A stretch of DNA of 64,000 nucleotides from Thermoflexia bacterium (lineage in GTDB: Bacteria > Chloroflexota > Anaerolineae > B4-G1), in contig DUEK01000004.1 of NCBI GenBank assembly GCA_011192155.1, positions 1 to 64,000 on the forward strand. The letters are read 5' to 3'. Shown in pieces: positions 55,710 to 64,000 of the stretch. The position numbers and the translations under genes are program-made. The notes beneath the pieces are model-generated. The model saw only the letters and a program-made list of their open reading frames with translations, was not told the origin of the DNA and searched no databases. The first letter of the stretch is position 1. Each line of letters begins with the position of its first letter.

Positions 55710-56213
55710 ATGAACTATGAGGAGTGGGTCGCAACGGTGCCGGAGGAGATCAAAGCTGATTCCCTCTGGAAGATGACCGCCTACCGGTTGGCGTTGTTTC
55801 TGGGTGATCTGGGGTGGTATGATACGGCAAAGTTAGTGCGAAACCGGCACTTGACTGGCCTGTCTGACCAGTTGTACAGAGCTTTAGGATCCGTCAGCGC
55901 CAATCTGGCCGAGGGATACTCACGAGGCTCCGGCAAAGATCGCGCCCGTTTCTACGAATACTCTCTCGGTTCTGCCAGAGAAAGCCGGGACTGGTACTTT
56001 AAAGCCCGGCACGTTCTTGGTGAAGTCGTTTTCCAACACCGCCTACAGTTGCTCACTCGGGTGATCCAACTCCTTCTAACTACGATCCCCCAACAGCGCG
56101 GTCGTGCGCTGCGGGAACGACCAGGGACCTATCAAGTAGCCTATGACGAAGCGAACGAGGCGTTGGAATCCCTGCTCCAACACGTCCCCCTTCCCGATTC
56201 GGATGACGAATGA
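55710..56213 (+). CDS. four-helix-bundle protein (TIGR02436; 23S rRNA intervening-sequence-protein-like)
   Basis: 168 aa. Diagnostic LGSVSANLAEGYSRGSGKDRARFYEYSLGSARESRDW segment. RBS GAGAGGAAACG. Confidence 0.75.
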   Translation: MNYEEWVATVPEEIKADSLWKMTAYRLALFLGDLGWYDTAKLVRNRHLTGLSDQLYRALGSVSANLAEGYSRGSGKDRARFYEYSLGSARESRDWYFKARHVLGEVVFQHRLQLLTRVIQLLLTTIPQQRGRALRERPGTYQVAYDEANEALESLLQHVPLPDSDDE

Positions 56214-56237
56214 CGTTTGACGAATGACGTTTGACGG
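56204..56237. repeat. inverted-orientation GTCAAACGTC repeat pair (GAATGACGTTTGAC x2)
   Basis: Immediately after the four-helix-bundle stop. Reverse complement of the CGTCAAACGTC units in the 55611..55698 array, so the gene is bracketed by inverted repeats. Confidence 0.55.
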
Positions 56238-56272
56238 GCCAGAAGGCAGATTAGAGTCAAGGAGGAACTATT

Positions 56273-57481
56273 ATGGCTACAGGAATTCGAGATAAAGTCG
56301 CCATCATCGGGATGGGCTGCACAAAATTCGGCGAGCGGTGGGACGTTGGCTCTGAGGAATTGATGGTCGAGGCGTTCGAGGAGGCGATAGTGGACGCCGG
56401 CATTGAGCGGAACGAGATCCAGGCCGCCTGGCTGGGCACTTGCTTTGAGGAGGCCAGCGTTGGCAAGAGCGCGCTGCCGCTCTCGCTGACCTTGCGCTTG
56501 CCCAGGATACCGGTAACGCGCGTCGAGAACTTTTGCGCCACCGGGACGGAGGCCTTTCGCGGGGCCTGCTACGCCGTCGCCTCCGGCGCTTATGATATCG
56601 CCCTGGCGTTGGGCGTGGAAAAGCTCAAGGATATTGGCTACGGGGGTCTGCCCAACTGGGGCTCTGGCGCCGGCGCGTTGACGTGGCAGTTCATGCCCAA
56701 CGTGACCGCGCCGGGGGCCTTTGCTCAGTTGGCGACCGCCTACGCCGCCAAGCACGATATTTCCATCAACGACCTGAAGCAGGCGATGGCCCACGTTTCT
56801 GCCAAAAGCCACGCCAACGCCGCGCTCAACCCCAAGGCCCACCTGCGCAAGCCGGTCTCTGTTGACCAAGTGATGGCCGCCCCCACCATCGCCTACCCCT
56901 TGGGGCTGTTCGATTGCTGCGGCGTCAGCGACGGCGCCGCCTGCGCCATCGTCGCCACGCCGGAAATCGCCGAGAGGCTGGGCAAACAGAACCTGGTCAG
57001 CGTCAAGGCGCTCCAACTGGCGCTCTCCAGCGGCGAGGAGATGGGGTACAATAACTGGGACGGTGATCACTTTATCACCACTTCCACATGTAGCACCAAG
57101 GCCTACGAGGAAGCGGGCATCACCAATCCGCGCGAAGAGATCAGCATGATGGAGGTACACGATTGTTTCTCCATCACCGAGCTGGTGACGATGGAAGACC
57201 TGCACATCTCCGAGCGCGGTCAGGCGCCCCAAGACGTTCTGGATGGATTCTACGATCTGGACGGCCAGATCCCGTGTCAGCCCGACGGTGGGCTAAAGTG
57301 CTTTGGACATCCCATCGGCGCATCGGGGCTGCGGATGTTGTACGAGATGTATCTCCAGTTCCAGGGGCGGGCGGGCGAGCGGCAACTGGACAATCTACGC
57401 TATGGACTGACGCACAACCTGGGCGGCATGCCGTACATGAACGTGAGCGCTATCGCGATTGTGGGGCGGTACGGGGAATGA
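56273..57481 (+). CDS. SCP-x/nsLTP-type thiolase-fold protein
   Basis: Active-site Cys context (VENFCATG), C-terminal GHPIGASG. RBS AAGGAGGAAC. Confidence 0.8.
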   Translation: MATGIRDKVAIIGMGCTKFGERWDVGSEELMVEAFEEAIVDAGIERNEIQAAWLGTCFEEASVGKSALPLSLTLRLPRIPVTRVENFCATGTEAFRGACYAVASGAYDIALALGVEKLKDIGYGGLPNWGSGAGALTWQFMPNVTAPGAFAQLATAYAAKHDISINDLKQAMAHVSAKSHANAALNPKAHLRKPVSVDQVMAAPTIAYPLGLFDCCGVSDGAACAIVATPEIAERLGKQNLVSVKALQLALSSGEEMGYNNWDGDHFITTSTCSTKAYEEAGITNPREEISMMEVHDCFSITELVTMEDLHISERGQAPQDVLDGFYDLDGQIPCQPDGGLKCFGHPIGASGLRMLYEMYLQFQGRAGERQLDNLRYGLTHNLGGMPYMNVSAIAIVGRYGE

Positions 57482-57819
57482 AACGTAAAGGTGTGAAGCG
57501 TGAGTACGTTCACCGGGAGTTGAATCAGGAGGTTACCGCCATCGGTGGACGGTACGCGCTGGTGAAGGAGGCGCGTTTGCCCTTCCGGGGACGGGAGGTG
57601 CTGTACCTGGTTGGTTATGGCGTTTTCGATACGGCCTGTTGCGGCGTCGGCGGGTGCGCGTATGCGCGGGTGACGGGCTTTGTCCAAGAGTGGAAGTGCG
57701 AGACAAACGAGGACGGTCTTGCAGTGTCTTTCGTGGAGCCAATCCGCGACGAGATCATCCAGAAGGAGGTGCGACAGCTGATAAAAGAGCGAGAGACAGT
57801 TCAGCAGATCGAATTCTAG
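57478..57819 (+). CDS. small Cys-containing protein translationally coupled to the thiolase (possible DUF35-like partner)
   Basis: 113 aa, ATGA overlap with the thiolase stop. CCx4C...C cluster (DTACCGVGGCAYARVTGFVQEWKCE). Confidence 0.4.
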   Translation: MKRKGVKREYVHRELNQEVTAIGGRYALVKEARLPFRGREVLYLVGYGVFDTACCGVGGCAYARVTGFVQEWKCETNEDGLAVSFVEPIRDEIIQKEVRQLIKERETVQQIEF

Positions 57820-57838
57820 TGAAAATCTGGAGGTAAAA

Positions 57839-58792
57839 ATGACAAAGTTTATTTCGTTACTCTTTTGTGTGGCTTTCCTAGCCTTTACCATCACTGCCTG
57901 TGGGCCAGATCAAACTCCCACCGAGCCCCCTCCAACAGTTCCTGCGGAGCCGGGGGAGACGCTCGTTGAAACTAGTGCACCACCTACCCCAGAACCAACC
58001 ACCGAAGCGCCGCCGCCCACCGCAGCGCCGGTCTTGGAACCGCTGCCGCCCGAACCACAAGAGATCGAGTTCCAGGCCGCGGACGGTCAGGCTTTGCTGG
58101 GCGTATACTATCCGGCGGCGGTCAACCCCGCGCCGATGGTCGTGCTGCACCATTGGGCCCCCGGAGATCAACGCGACTGGATCGAGATCGCCTACTGGCT
58201 GCAAAATCGCGGCCTGGGAGGTCAGACCGATCCGGCGGCTCCCTGGCTCGACTCATCCTGGTTCCCGCCAATTCCGCCCGAGTGGGAGGAGCAGTCGTTT
58301 GGGGTCTTTACCTTTACCTTCCGCGGTTGCGAGGGCGGCTGCAGCTCGTTTGAGCCGGATGGATGGCTACAGGATGCGCAGGCGGCTATGGAGACGGCGC
58401 GAGGGCTCGAGGGCGTGAACCCGCAGCGGATCGTCGCCGTCGGGGCCAGCATCGGAGCCGACGGCGGTCCCGACGGATGCTTCTGGCTCAACCAACAGTA
58501 CGAAAACAGTTGCTTGGGAGGGTTCTCGTTCTCTCCAGGCAGCTACCTGAAAGTGCCCTACGCCGACGCCGTGGACGCTCTGGGCGCAGAGCAGCCGCCC
58601 AAACCGGGCTGGTGCCTATTCGCGGTCGAGGACACGGCAGCAGCCGAGGCCTGCCAATCGGCTACAGGCGATCACTACCGGGTTGTTCAGTACGAGGGGC
58701 AAATGCACGGTATGGACTTGATTAACCCCGATGTAGAACCGAACGCATTGCTCTTGCTGCTCGAGTTCATCGCGTTGAGTATGGGGCTTTGA
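57839..58792 (+). CDS. lipoprotein, alpha/beta-hydrolase-like (dienelactone hydrolase-like)
   Basis: Lipobox ITAC, Pro/Thr/Glu linker, GxSxG (VGASIGADG). Confidence 0.5.
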   Translation: MTKFISLLFCVAFLAFTITACGPDQTPTEPPPTVPAEPGETLVETSAPPTPEPTTEAPPPTAAPVLEPLPPEPQEIEFQAADGQALLGVYYPAAVNPAPMVVLHHWAPGDQRDWIEIAYWLQNRGLGGQTDPAAPWLDSSWFPPIPPEWEEQSFGVFTFTFRGCEGGCSSFEPDGWLQDAQAAMETARGLEGVNPQRIVAVGASIGADGGPDGCFWLNQQYENSCLGGFSFSPGSYLKVPYADAVDALGAEQPPKPGWCLFAVEDTAAAEACQSATGDHYRVVQYEGQMHGMDLINPDVEPNALLLLLEFIALSMGL

Positions 58793-58804
58793 TGAGAGGT
58801 GACA

Positions 58805-58840
58805 AAACCCTTAGGGTCTTTGAGGAGACCCTAAGGGTTT
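58805..58840. repeat. REP-like hairpin, family B (AAACCCTTAGGGTCT-TTGAGG-AGACCCTAAGGGTTT)
   Basis: Perfect 15-bp arms between the lipoprotein stop and the fadD RBS (GGAGGAAC). Confidence 0.55.
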
Positions 58841-58864
58841 CAGGATCGAATAGGAGGAACTGAC

Positions 58865-60580
58865 ATGGAGAAACCCTGGTTGAAACATTACGATGAGGGA
58901 GTGCCAGCGACGATAGATTATCCTTCCATACCGTTGGATCAATTCCTGACGGATGCGGCGGCCAAGCACCCCGATCACGCCGCTATCGTGTTTGGCGCGG
59001 CGCTCGGCTCGCGTGTGATGGACGCACAGCTCACCTACGGCCAACTGGACGACGCAGTGAATCGCTTCGCGGCGGGCCTGCAAAAGATGGGCGTCCAAAA
59101 GGGCGACCGGGTAGCCATCATGCTGCCCAACTGCCCCCAGTTCGTCATCGCCGCCTACGGAACCTGGCGCATCGGCGGCATTGTGGTCTGCTGCAACCCG
59201 CTGTACGTGCCGCGCGAGGTCGAGCACCTGGTCAACGATTCCGGCACAGAGACGATAGTCGTGATGAGCAGCCTCTACGAGCGGGTCAAGTCCATCCGCG
59301 CCGCAACCGGCCTCAAGCGCGTGATAGTCACCAATATCAAAGAGTACTTTCCCGGCCTGCTCAAGTTTCTGTTCACGCTGGCCAAGGAGAAGAAAGAGGG
59401 CCACAGGGTGGAAATCTCTGACGACGCGGACACGTATTGGTTCCAGAGTGTCCTCCAAAGCACAGCGGCCCAACCCGCGCCGGTGAAGATTGAGCCGGAG
59501 GAGGTCGCCACGTTGATCTACACTGGTGGCACCACGGGCGTGCCCAAGGGGGCGCAACTCACCCACCACAATTTGGTCTCCAATGCCACCCTCCTCAACG
59601 TCTGGTCCAAGAGTAAGGAGGCCGAGGACGTAATGATCGCCTGCATGCCCTACTTTCACGTCTATGGCCTGACGGCCGGCATGAATACTCCTATCGCCAA
59701 TGCTCTCACCATCGTCCAGATTCCCAACCCGCGTGACATGGTGCACGTGCTCAAGTCCATCGAGAAACACCGCGCCACGTACTATCCCGGCGTGCCGACC
59801 ATGTTCATCGGCTTTAACAACTTTCCGACGCGGGACGAGTACGATCTGACGTCGCTGCGCTTTGCCGTGAGCGCGGCCGCGCCACTGCCCCCGGAGGTGC
59901 AGCAAAAGTTCGAGACCATCACCGGCGGCAAGATGGTCGAGGCATATGGACTGACCGAGACTAGCCCGGCGGCGTGTATGGACCCCATCGAACACCCCCG
60001 CGCCCGTTCCATCGGCGTGCCCGTGCCAGATACTGAGCTCAAGATCGTGGACGCGGACACCGGCACACAGGAGATGGAGGTGGGCGAGGTCGGCGAGATC
60101 ATCATCAAAGGGCCGCAGGTGATGAAAGGGTACTGGAATATGCCCACCGAGACAGCCAACGCCATCCGCACCGGCCCAGACGGCCAGACTGGCTGGTTCT
60201 ATTCTGGCGACATCGGCTATATGGACGAGGACGGCTACTTTCACATCACGGATCGCAAGAAGGACATCATCATCGCCGGCGGCTACAACATCTATCCCGC
60301 CGACGTCGAGGCGGTGCTGTTCGAGCATGCGGCGGTGAAGGAGGCAGCCGTGGTCGGCGTGGTGGATCCGCGCCGGGGCGAGTCGGTCAAGGCCTTTATC
60401 GTGCTCAAGGAGGGAGAGAGCGCCACAAAGGACGAGATCATTGCTTTTTGCCGCGAGCGGTTAGCGATCTACAAAGCGCCGCGCTTTATCGAGTTCCGCG
60501 ACGATCTGCCCAAGTCCATCATCGGCAAGGTGCTGCGCCGCTCGCTGCGTGATGAGGAAGCGCAGAGCGTGGAGAAATAG
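58865..60580 (+). CDS. fadD: long-chain-fatty-acid--CoA ligase (AMP-dependent synthetase)
   Basis: AMP-binding motif IYTGGTTGVPKGAQLTH, YGLTET, C-terminal IIGKVLRR. Confidence 0.85.
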   Translation: MEKPWLKHYDEGVPATIDYPSIPLDQFLTDAAAKHPDHAAIVFGAALGSRVMDAQLTYGQLDDAVNRFAAGLQKMGVQKGDRVAIMLPNCPQFVIAAYGTWRIGGIVVCCNPLYVPREVEHLVNDSGTETIVVMSSLYERVKSIRAATGLKRVIVTNIKEYFPGLLKFLFTLAKEKKEGHRVEISDDADTYWFQSVLQSTAAQPAPVKIEPEEVATLIYTGGTTGVPKGAQLTHHNLVSNATLLNVWSKSKEAEDVMIACMPYFHVYGLTAGMNTPIANALTIVQIPNPRDMVHVLKSIEKHRATYYPGVPTMFIGFNNFPTRDEYDLTSLRFAVSAAAPLPPEVQQKFETITGGKMVEAYGLTETSPAACMDPIEHPRARSIGVPVPDTELKIVDADTGTQEMEVGEVGEIIIKGPQVMKGYWNMPTETANAIRTGPDGQTGWFYSGDIGYMDEDGYFHITDRKKDIIIAGGYNIYPADVEAVLFEHAAVKEAAVVGVVDPRRGESVKAFIVLKEGESATKDEIIAFCRERLAIYKAPRFIEFRDDLPKSIIGKVLRRSLRDEEAQSVEK

Positions 60581-60744
60581 GATGCAGATTCACACAGATT
60601 ATTTGCCGATAACCTCCAAGACAGATGCTCACCTTTCCCCGAGTTTTAAATTATACCCCCCATATGTACTGGTATGCCACTCGACGCTTCTGCTACGGAA
60701 TCCCTCTTTGGAGTCACATTGTCAAAATAGTTTATGATACTACT

Positions 60745-61611
60745 ATGCTAAAATTATCACGGAACGACCCATGTTGGTGCGGGAGCGGAAAAAAGTACAA
60801 GTACTGCCATCTCGAGCAAGATCAAGCAGCGCATCGCCGACGCAGGAAGGCGAGAAAACATTCATCTGATATTATCATCAAGACCGATGAGCAAATTGAG
60901 GGCATCCGCAGGAGCAGCCGTTTGACCCGCGACATCCTGGATATGCTGGAGGAGCGGATCGTCGTTGGCGTCGCCACTGGCGACATCAATCGCTGGGTTC
61001 ACACGTACACCCTATCACACGGCGCCGCTCCTGCGCCGCTGAACTATCGAGGCTTTCCCAAGAGCGTCTGCACCACGCTCAACAATCAGGTCTGCCACGG
61101 CATCCCCGACGGCACCGTGTTGAAAGATGGCGACATCCTCAACGTCGACGTCACCTCCATTCTGGACGGCTACTATGGCGACGCCAGCCGCATGTTCCTG
61201 ATTGGCGAGGTCTCTGAGGAAGCGCGCAAGTTGGTGCAAGTGACCCGTGAATGTCTCTATCTGGGGATTGAGCAGGTAAAGCCGGGCCACACCCTGGGCG
61301 ACATCGGCCACGCCATCCAGCAGCACGCCGAGCGGCACGGTTACTCTGTCGTGCGGGATTACATCGGGCACGGGACGGGTCTCCAGTTCCACGAACCGCC
61401 GGAGGTGCGCCATTTCGGGAAACCTGGAACTGGCGAGATGCTCGCGCCGAACATGGTCTTTACCATCGAACCAATGATCAATGCCGGCGATTACAAAGTC
61501 GAGATACTAAAAGACGGCTGGACGGTCGTGACCGCCGACGGCTCTCTCTCGGCCCAGTGGGAACACACTATGCGTGTCACTGAGGATGGCGTGGAGGTGT
61601 TGACGGGGTAG
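60745..61611 (+). CDS. map: type I methionine aminopeptidase with N-terminal SEC-C zinc-finger motif
   Basis: PCWCGSGKKYKYCH SEC-C motif, then MetAP pita-bread ligands (D..D..H..E..E). Confidence 0.85.
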   Translation: MLKLSRNDPCWCGSGKKYKYCHLEQDQAAHRRRRKARKHSSDIIIKTDEQIEGIRRSSRLTRDILDMLEERIVVGVATGDINRWVHTYTLSHGAAPAPLNYRGFPKSVCTTLNNQVCHGIPDGTVLKDGDILNVDVTSILDGYYGDASRMFLIGEVSEEARKLVQVTRECLYLGIEQVKPGHTLGDIGHAIQQHAERHGYSVVRDYIGHGTGLQFHEPPEVRHFGKPGTGEMLAPNMVFTIEPMINAGDYKVEILKDGWTVVTADGSLSAQWEHTMRVTEDGVEVLTG

Positions 61612-61629
61612 GAAAATGGAGAATGGCGA

Positions 61630-62154
61630 ATGAGCGAAACAAAAGGGTACGTACAAGTCTATACCGGCGATGGCAAGGGCAAGACGACAGCCGCGCTAGG
61701 ATTGGCATTGCGCGCATCGGGCCACGGAATGCGCACCTACATCGGCCAGTTTATGAAAGGGCAGCCCTACGGGGAATTGGACGCGCTGCGCGACAATTCT
61801 CACATCACTATTGAGCAGTACGGTGACGTGCGCTGCATCCATCGCGAAGAGGTCACTTCCGACCACATAGCCCAGGCTCAGCGCGGGCTGGCGCGGGCGC
61901 GGGAGGCGCTGCTTTCAGGCGAGTACGACATCGTCGTGCTAGACGAGGTCAATGTAACCATCTGGTTTGGGCTGCTGAGTGTGGAGGAGGTGCTGGCGTT
62001 TCTGAACAAAAAACCAGAGCGCGTGGAGGTGATTCTCACCGGCCGCCGCGCGCCGCATGAATTGATTGAGCGAGCCGACCTGGTGACAGAGATGCTGCCG
62101 GTCAAGCACTATTACGAGCAGGGAGTATTAGCGCGAAAGGGGATTGAGCGATAG
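61630..62154 (+). CDS. cobO: ATP:cob(I)alamin adenosyltransferase (CobO/BtuR family)
   Basis: P-loop-like GDGKGKTTAALG, typical 174-aa length. Confidence 0.85.
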   Translation: MSETKGYVQVYTGDGKGKTTAALGLALRASGHGMRTYIGQFMKGQPYGELDALRDNSHITIEQYGDVRCIHREEVTSDHIAQAQRGLARAREALLSGEYDIVVLDEVNVTIWFGLLSVEEVLAFLNKKPERVEVILTGRRAPHELIERADLVTEMLPVKHYYEQGVLARKGIER

Positions 62155-62188
62155 GGAACATGAAACGTAATGTGTGCTCAGAGGTTAT

Positions 62189-62884
62189 GAGATGACTAAT
62201 ACCGTCGTTCAAATCAACACAGGCTTGGTCAATGTTTTCCTGATCCAGGGCGGCGCGGGCTGCATGCTGGTGGACGCCGGCAACCCCGGTCAGGCGGACC
62301 TCATCCTAAAGCAGCTGGCGGAGCATGACGTCGCTCCCGATGACGTGCGCCTGATCCTGATCACCCATGGGCACATTGACCACTTTGGCAGCGCGGCGGC
62401 CTTGCGCGAGCAGACCGGCGCGCCGGTAGCCATCCACGCGCTGGACGCCGTCGCCGCGCGGCAAGGCGCCCATCAGCCGGATAGCCTCCAACCGACGAAC
62501 CGCTGGATCGGCTTGGCAATGCGGTTTCCGTTCCTCCATCTGCCCAACCGCGCCCCAGCCTTTGAGCCGGACGTGGTGATTGAGGAAGAATGGCGATTGG
62601 ACGAGTACGGCATCGCCGGGCGGGCGGTTCACACGCCGGGGCATACACCCGGCTCTATCTCGGTGCTGTTGGACGGCGGCGAGGCCATTGTCGGCGATAT
62701 GGTGATGGGCAAGCTAATGGGGCTGATCCGCAAGCCGGGGCCGCCCGTCGTCGCCTGGGATTTGGAGCAAAACCAAGAGAGTGTGCGCCAGTTGCTGGCC
62801 CTCTCGCCGCGCGTGGTGTACGTTGGGCACGGCGGCCCGTTTCGGGCCGAGGACGTATCCGCCGAGTGGAACACCCAACCCTGA
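62189..62884 (+). CDS. MBL-fold metallo-hydrolase
   Basis: HxHxDH motif (ILITHGHIDHFG), downstream His/Asp ligands. Start MTNTV with GAGG 9 nt upstream. Confidence 0.75.
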   Translation, partial: EMTNTVVQINTGLVNVFLIQGGAGCMLVDAGNPGQADLILKQLAEHDVAPDDVRLILITHGHIDHFGSAAALREQTGAPVAIHALDAVAARQGAHQPDSLQPTNRWIGLAMRFPFLHLPNRAPAFEPDVVIEEEWRLDEYGIAGRAVHTPGHTPGSISVLLDGGEAIVGDMVMGKLMGLIRKPGPPVVAWDLEQNQESVRQLLALSPRVVYVGHGGPFRAEDVSAEWNTQP

Positions 62885-62907
62885 ATTTTCAGATATGCTC
62901 TTGGCTG

Positions 62908-63028
62908 CAGCAATTCCCGTTTTGTAGCCGCGATTTCCAAATCGCGTCTGTTTTTCCGCGTAAAGCGCCCTGCGCGATTGCGAAATCGCGGCTACGACCT
63001 GACTTTTCCCCCATAACAGGAATTGCTG
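62908..63028 (-). mobile_element. 121-bp MITE-like element, copy 2, with 9-bp target-site duplication
   Basis: Terminal inverted repeats CAGCAATTCCCGTT / AACAGGAATTGCTG. Flanked by direct repeats TCTTGGCTG at 62899..62907 and 63029..63037. Inverted relative to copy 1. Confidence 0.7.
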
Positions 63029-63111
63029 TCTTGGCTGAACGACGGCGAGCGTATCCTAAAACGGAATTTGTGTTATAATCTGTGAAATCTTTATAGGAGG
63101 AACAAGCTACC

Positions 63112-64000
63112 ATGAACCCGATTCAAAAACGTATTGACGCGATGAATCAACGAGTGGCCGATCTCCAGCAGGCGGGGCTGTATTTCTATCTACAACCCCT
63201 GGATGAACTTGACGGGGCCTGGGTCACGACCGGCGGGCGGCGCATGTTGAACTTTGCCTCCTACGGCTACTTGGGCCTGTTGGGCCATCCGAGGATCGAG
63301 GCAGCAGCTCAAGCGGCGCTGGCCCGCTACGGGACCGGCACTCACGGCGTCCGCATCCTGGCCGGCACGCTGCCGCTGCACAACGAACTGGAGCAGACCA
63401 TCGCCCGCTTCAAAGGAGCCGAGGCAGCTATCGTCTATTCTAGCGGCTACGTCACCAACTTGGCGACCGTATCGTCGCTGGTGGGCCGCAACGACACGGT
63501 CATCTGCGACAAGTTCAACCACGCCAGCATCGTTGATGGCTGCCTGCTCAGCGGAGCCAAGTTCGCGCGCTTCCGTCACAATGACATGGCCGGCCTGGAA
63601 AAGAGGTTACAGCAAGCCAACCCCGGCGCTGGCACACTGGTCATCGTGGACGCCGTCTTTAGCATGGATGGCGACGTCATCAACATGCCCGAGGTCAGCC
63701 GGCTGTGCCGCGAGTACGACGCGCTGCTGATGGTGGACGAGGCCCACAGCCTGGGAGTGCTGGGCGAGAAAGGGCACGGCATTGAGGAACACTTTGGGCT
63801 TGAAAAAGCGATTGACGTGTATATGGGCACGCTCTCCAAGACGATCCCCAGCGTCGGCGGGTACGTGGCGGGAAGCCAAGATTTGATCACCTACCTGAAG
63901 CACGTGGCGCGAGCGTTTGTCTTTTCGGCCGCGCTGCCCCCGGCCCAGGTGGCTGCGGCCAACGAATCGTTCAAAGTAATAGAGGATGAGCCAGAGCGGG
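63112..64000 (+). CDS. class-II aminotransferase (8-amino-7-oxononanoate synthase / 2-amino-3-ketobutyrate CoA ligase / SPT family), 3'-truncated by window edge
   Basis: Open frame from ATG 63112 to window end. PLP-lysine region (GTLSKTIPSVGGY), DEAHS motif. RBS GGAGGAACAAGCTACC. Confidence 0.75.
   Translation, partial: MNPIQKRIDAMNQRVADLQQAGLYFYLQPLDELDGAWVTTGGRRMLNFASYGYLGLLGHPRIEAAAQAALARYGTGTHGVRILAGTLPLHNELEQTIARFKGAEAAIVYSSGYVTNLATVSSLVGRNDTVICDKFNHASIVDGCLLSGAKFARFRHNDMAGLEKRLQQANPGAGTLVIVDAVFSMDGDVINMPEVSRLCREYDALLMVDEAHSLGVLGEKGHGIEEHFGLEKAIDVYMGTLSKTIPSVGGYVAGSQDLITYLKHVARAFVFSAALPPAQVAAANESFKVIEDEPER

Noticed and set aside
1-64000. tRNA, rRNA, tmRNA, RNase P, CRISPR arrays
   Set aside because: No GTTCGAATC-type T-loop plus acceptor-stem patterns were found in intergenic regions. 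No long repeat-spacer arrays. No rRNA-like conserved blocks.

Overview
This is a high-GC (about 63-65%), gene-dense bacterial chromosomal segment. The gene content and tight operon structure would fit a Chloroflexota-like organism, but that cannot be verified from sequence alone. I support about 60 protein-coding genes. There is no rRNA, tRNA or CRISPR array. Coding polarity is striking: almost everything from 1 to 48080 is on the minus strand and everything from 48832 to 64000 is on the plus strand. The two blocks diverge from a 750-bp repeat-packed intergenic region.

Recognisable modules, in window order:
- an exosortase/EpsI fusion;
- a tricistronic histidine kinase / extracytoplasmic TIM-barrel-like protein / NarL-type regulator operon joined by GTGA overlaps;
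- two VapBC toxin-antitoxin pairs;
- an M20 amidohydrolase, a thioredoxin-reductase-like flavoprotein that has lost its CxxC, and a malic enzyme with an in-frame N-terminal duplication;
- a LivFGMH+K branched-chain amino acid ABC transporter;
- a GAF/HAMP NarX-type kinase with a NarL regulator and a stand-alone receiver;
- GTP-type PEP carboxykinase;
- a LarA-like lactate racemase homologue with GlcD/GlcF-like D-lactate dehydrogenase subunits;
- a Zn-alcohol dehydrogenase, DhnA-type aldolase and fused PTS IIC-IID permease cluster;
- a LysM-M23 peptidase;
- an enolase-superfamily (MR/MLE) enzyme with two tandem GNAT-like paralogs;
- an SDR epimerase, CysH-like reductase and hydroxyproline-dehydratase-type proline racemase homologue;
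- TVP38, MFS transporter and methylglyoxal synthase;
- an ECF sigma / zf-HC2 anti-sigma / DUF4097-like / bactofilin-like membrane protein operon;
- a ThiS-like protein, MATE transporter and M24 peptidase;
- an orphan GAF histidine kinase;
- a beta-oxidation-like operon (MaoC-hydratase::SDR fusion, SCP-x-type thiolase plus small coupled ORF, acyl-CoA ligase) interrupted by a four-helix-bundle (IVS-protein-like) gene that sits between inverted GTCAAACGTC repeat arrays;
- MetAP with an N-terminal SEC-C zinc motif, CobO and an MBL hydrolase;
- a partial BioF/Kbl-class aminotransferase.

The most interesting features are non-coding:
- a 121-bp MITE-like element with 14-bp terminal inverted repeats and a perfect 9-bp target-site duplication, plus a second inverted copy 14 kb away;
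- a dispersed family of intergenic hairpins that share a conserved TTTCAGAAAA-type loop but have different, compensatory stems;
- a GTGAAACG palindrome/tandem family;
- two long repeat-rich intergenic regions (11.3-12.0 kb and 48.1-48.8 kb).

No canonical defence system (CRISPR, restriction-modification, CBASS, retron) was recognised. The best candidate for a novel system is the translationally coupled kinase / accessory protein / regulator trio.
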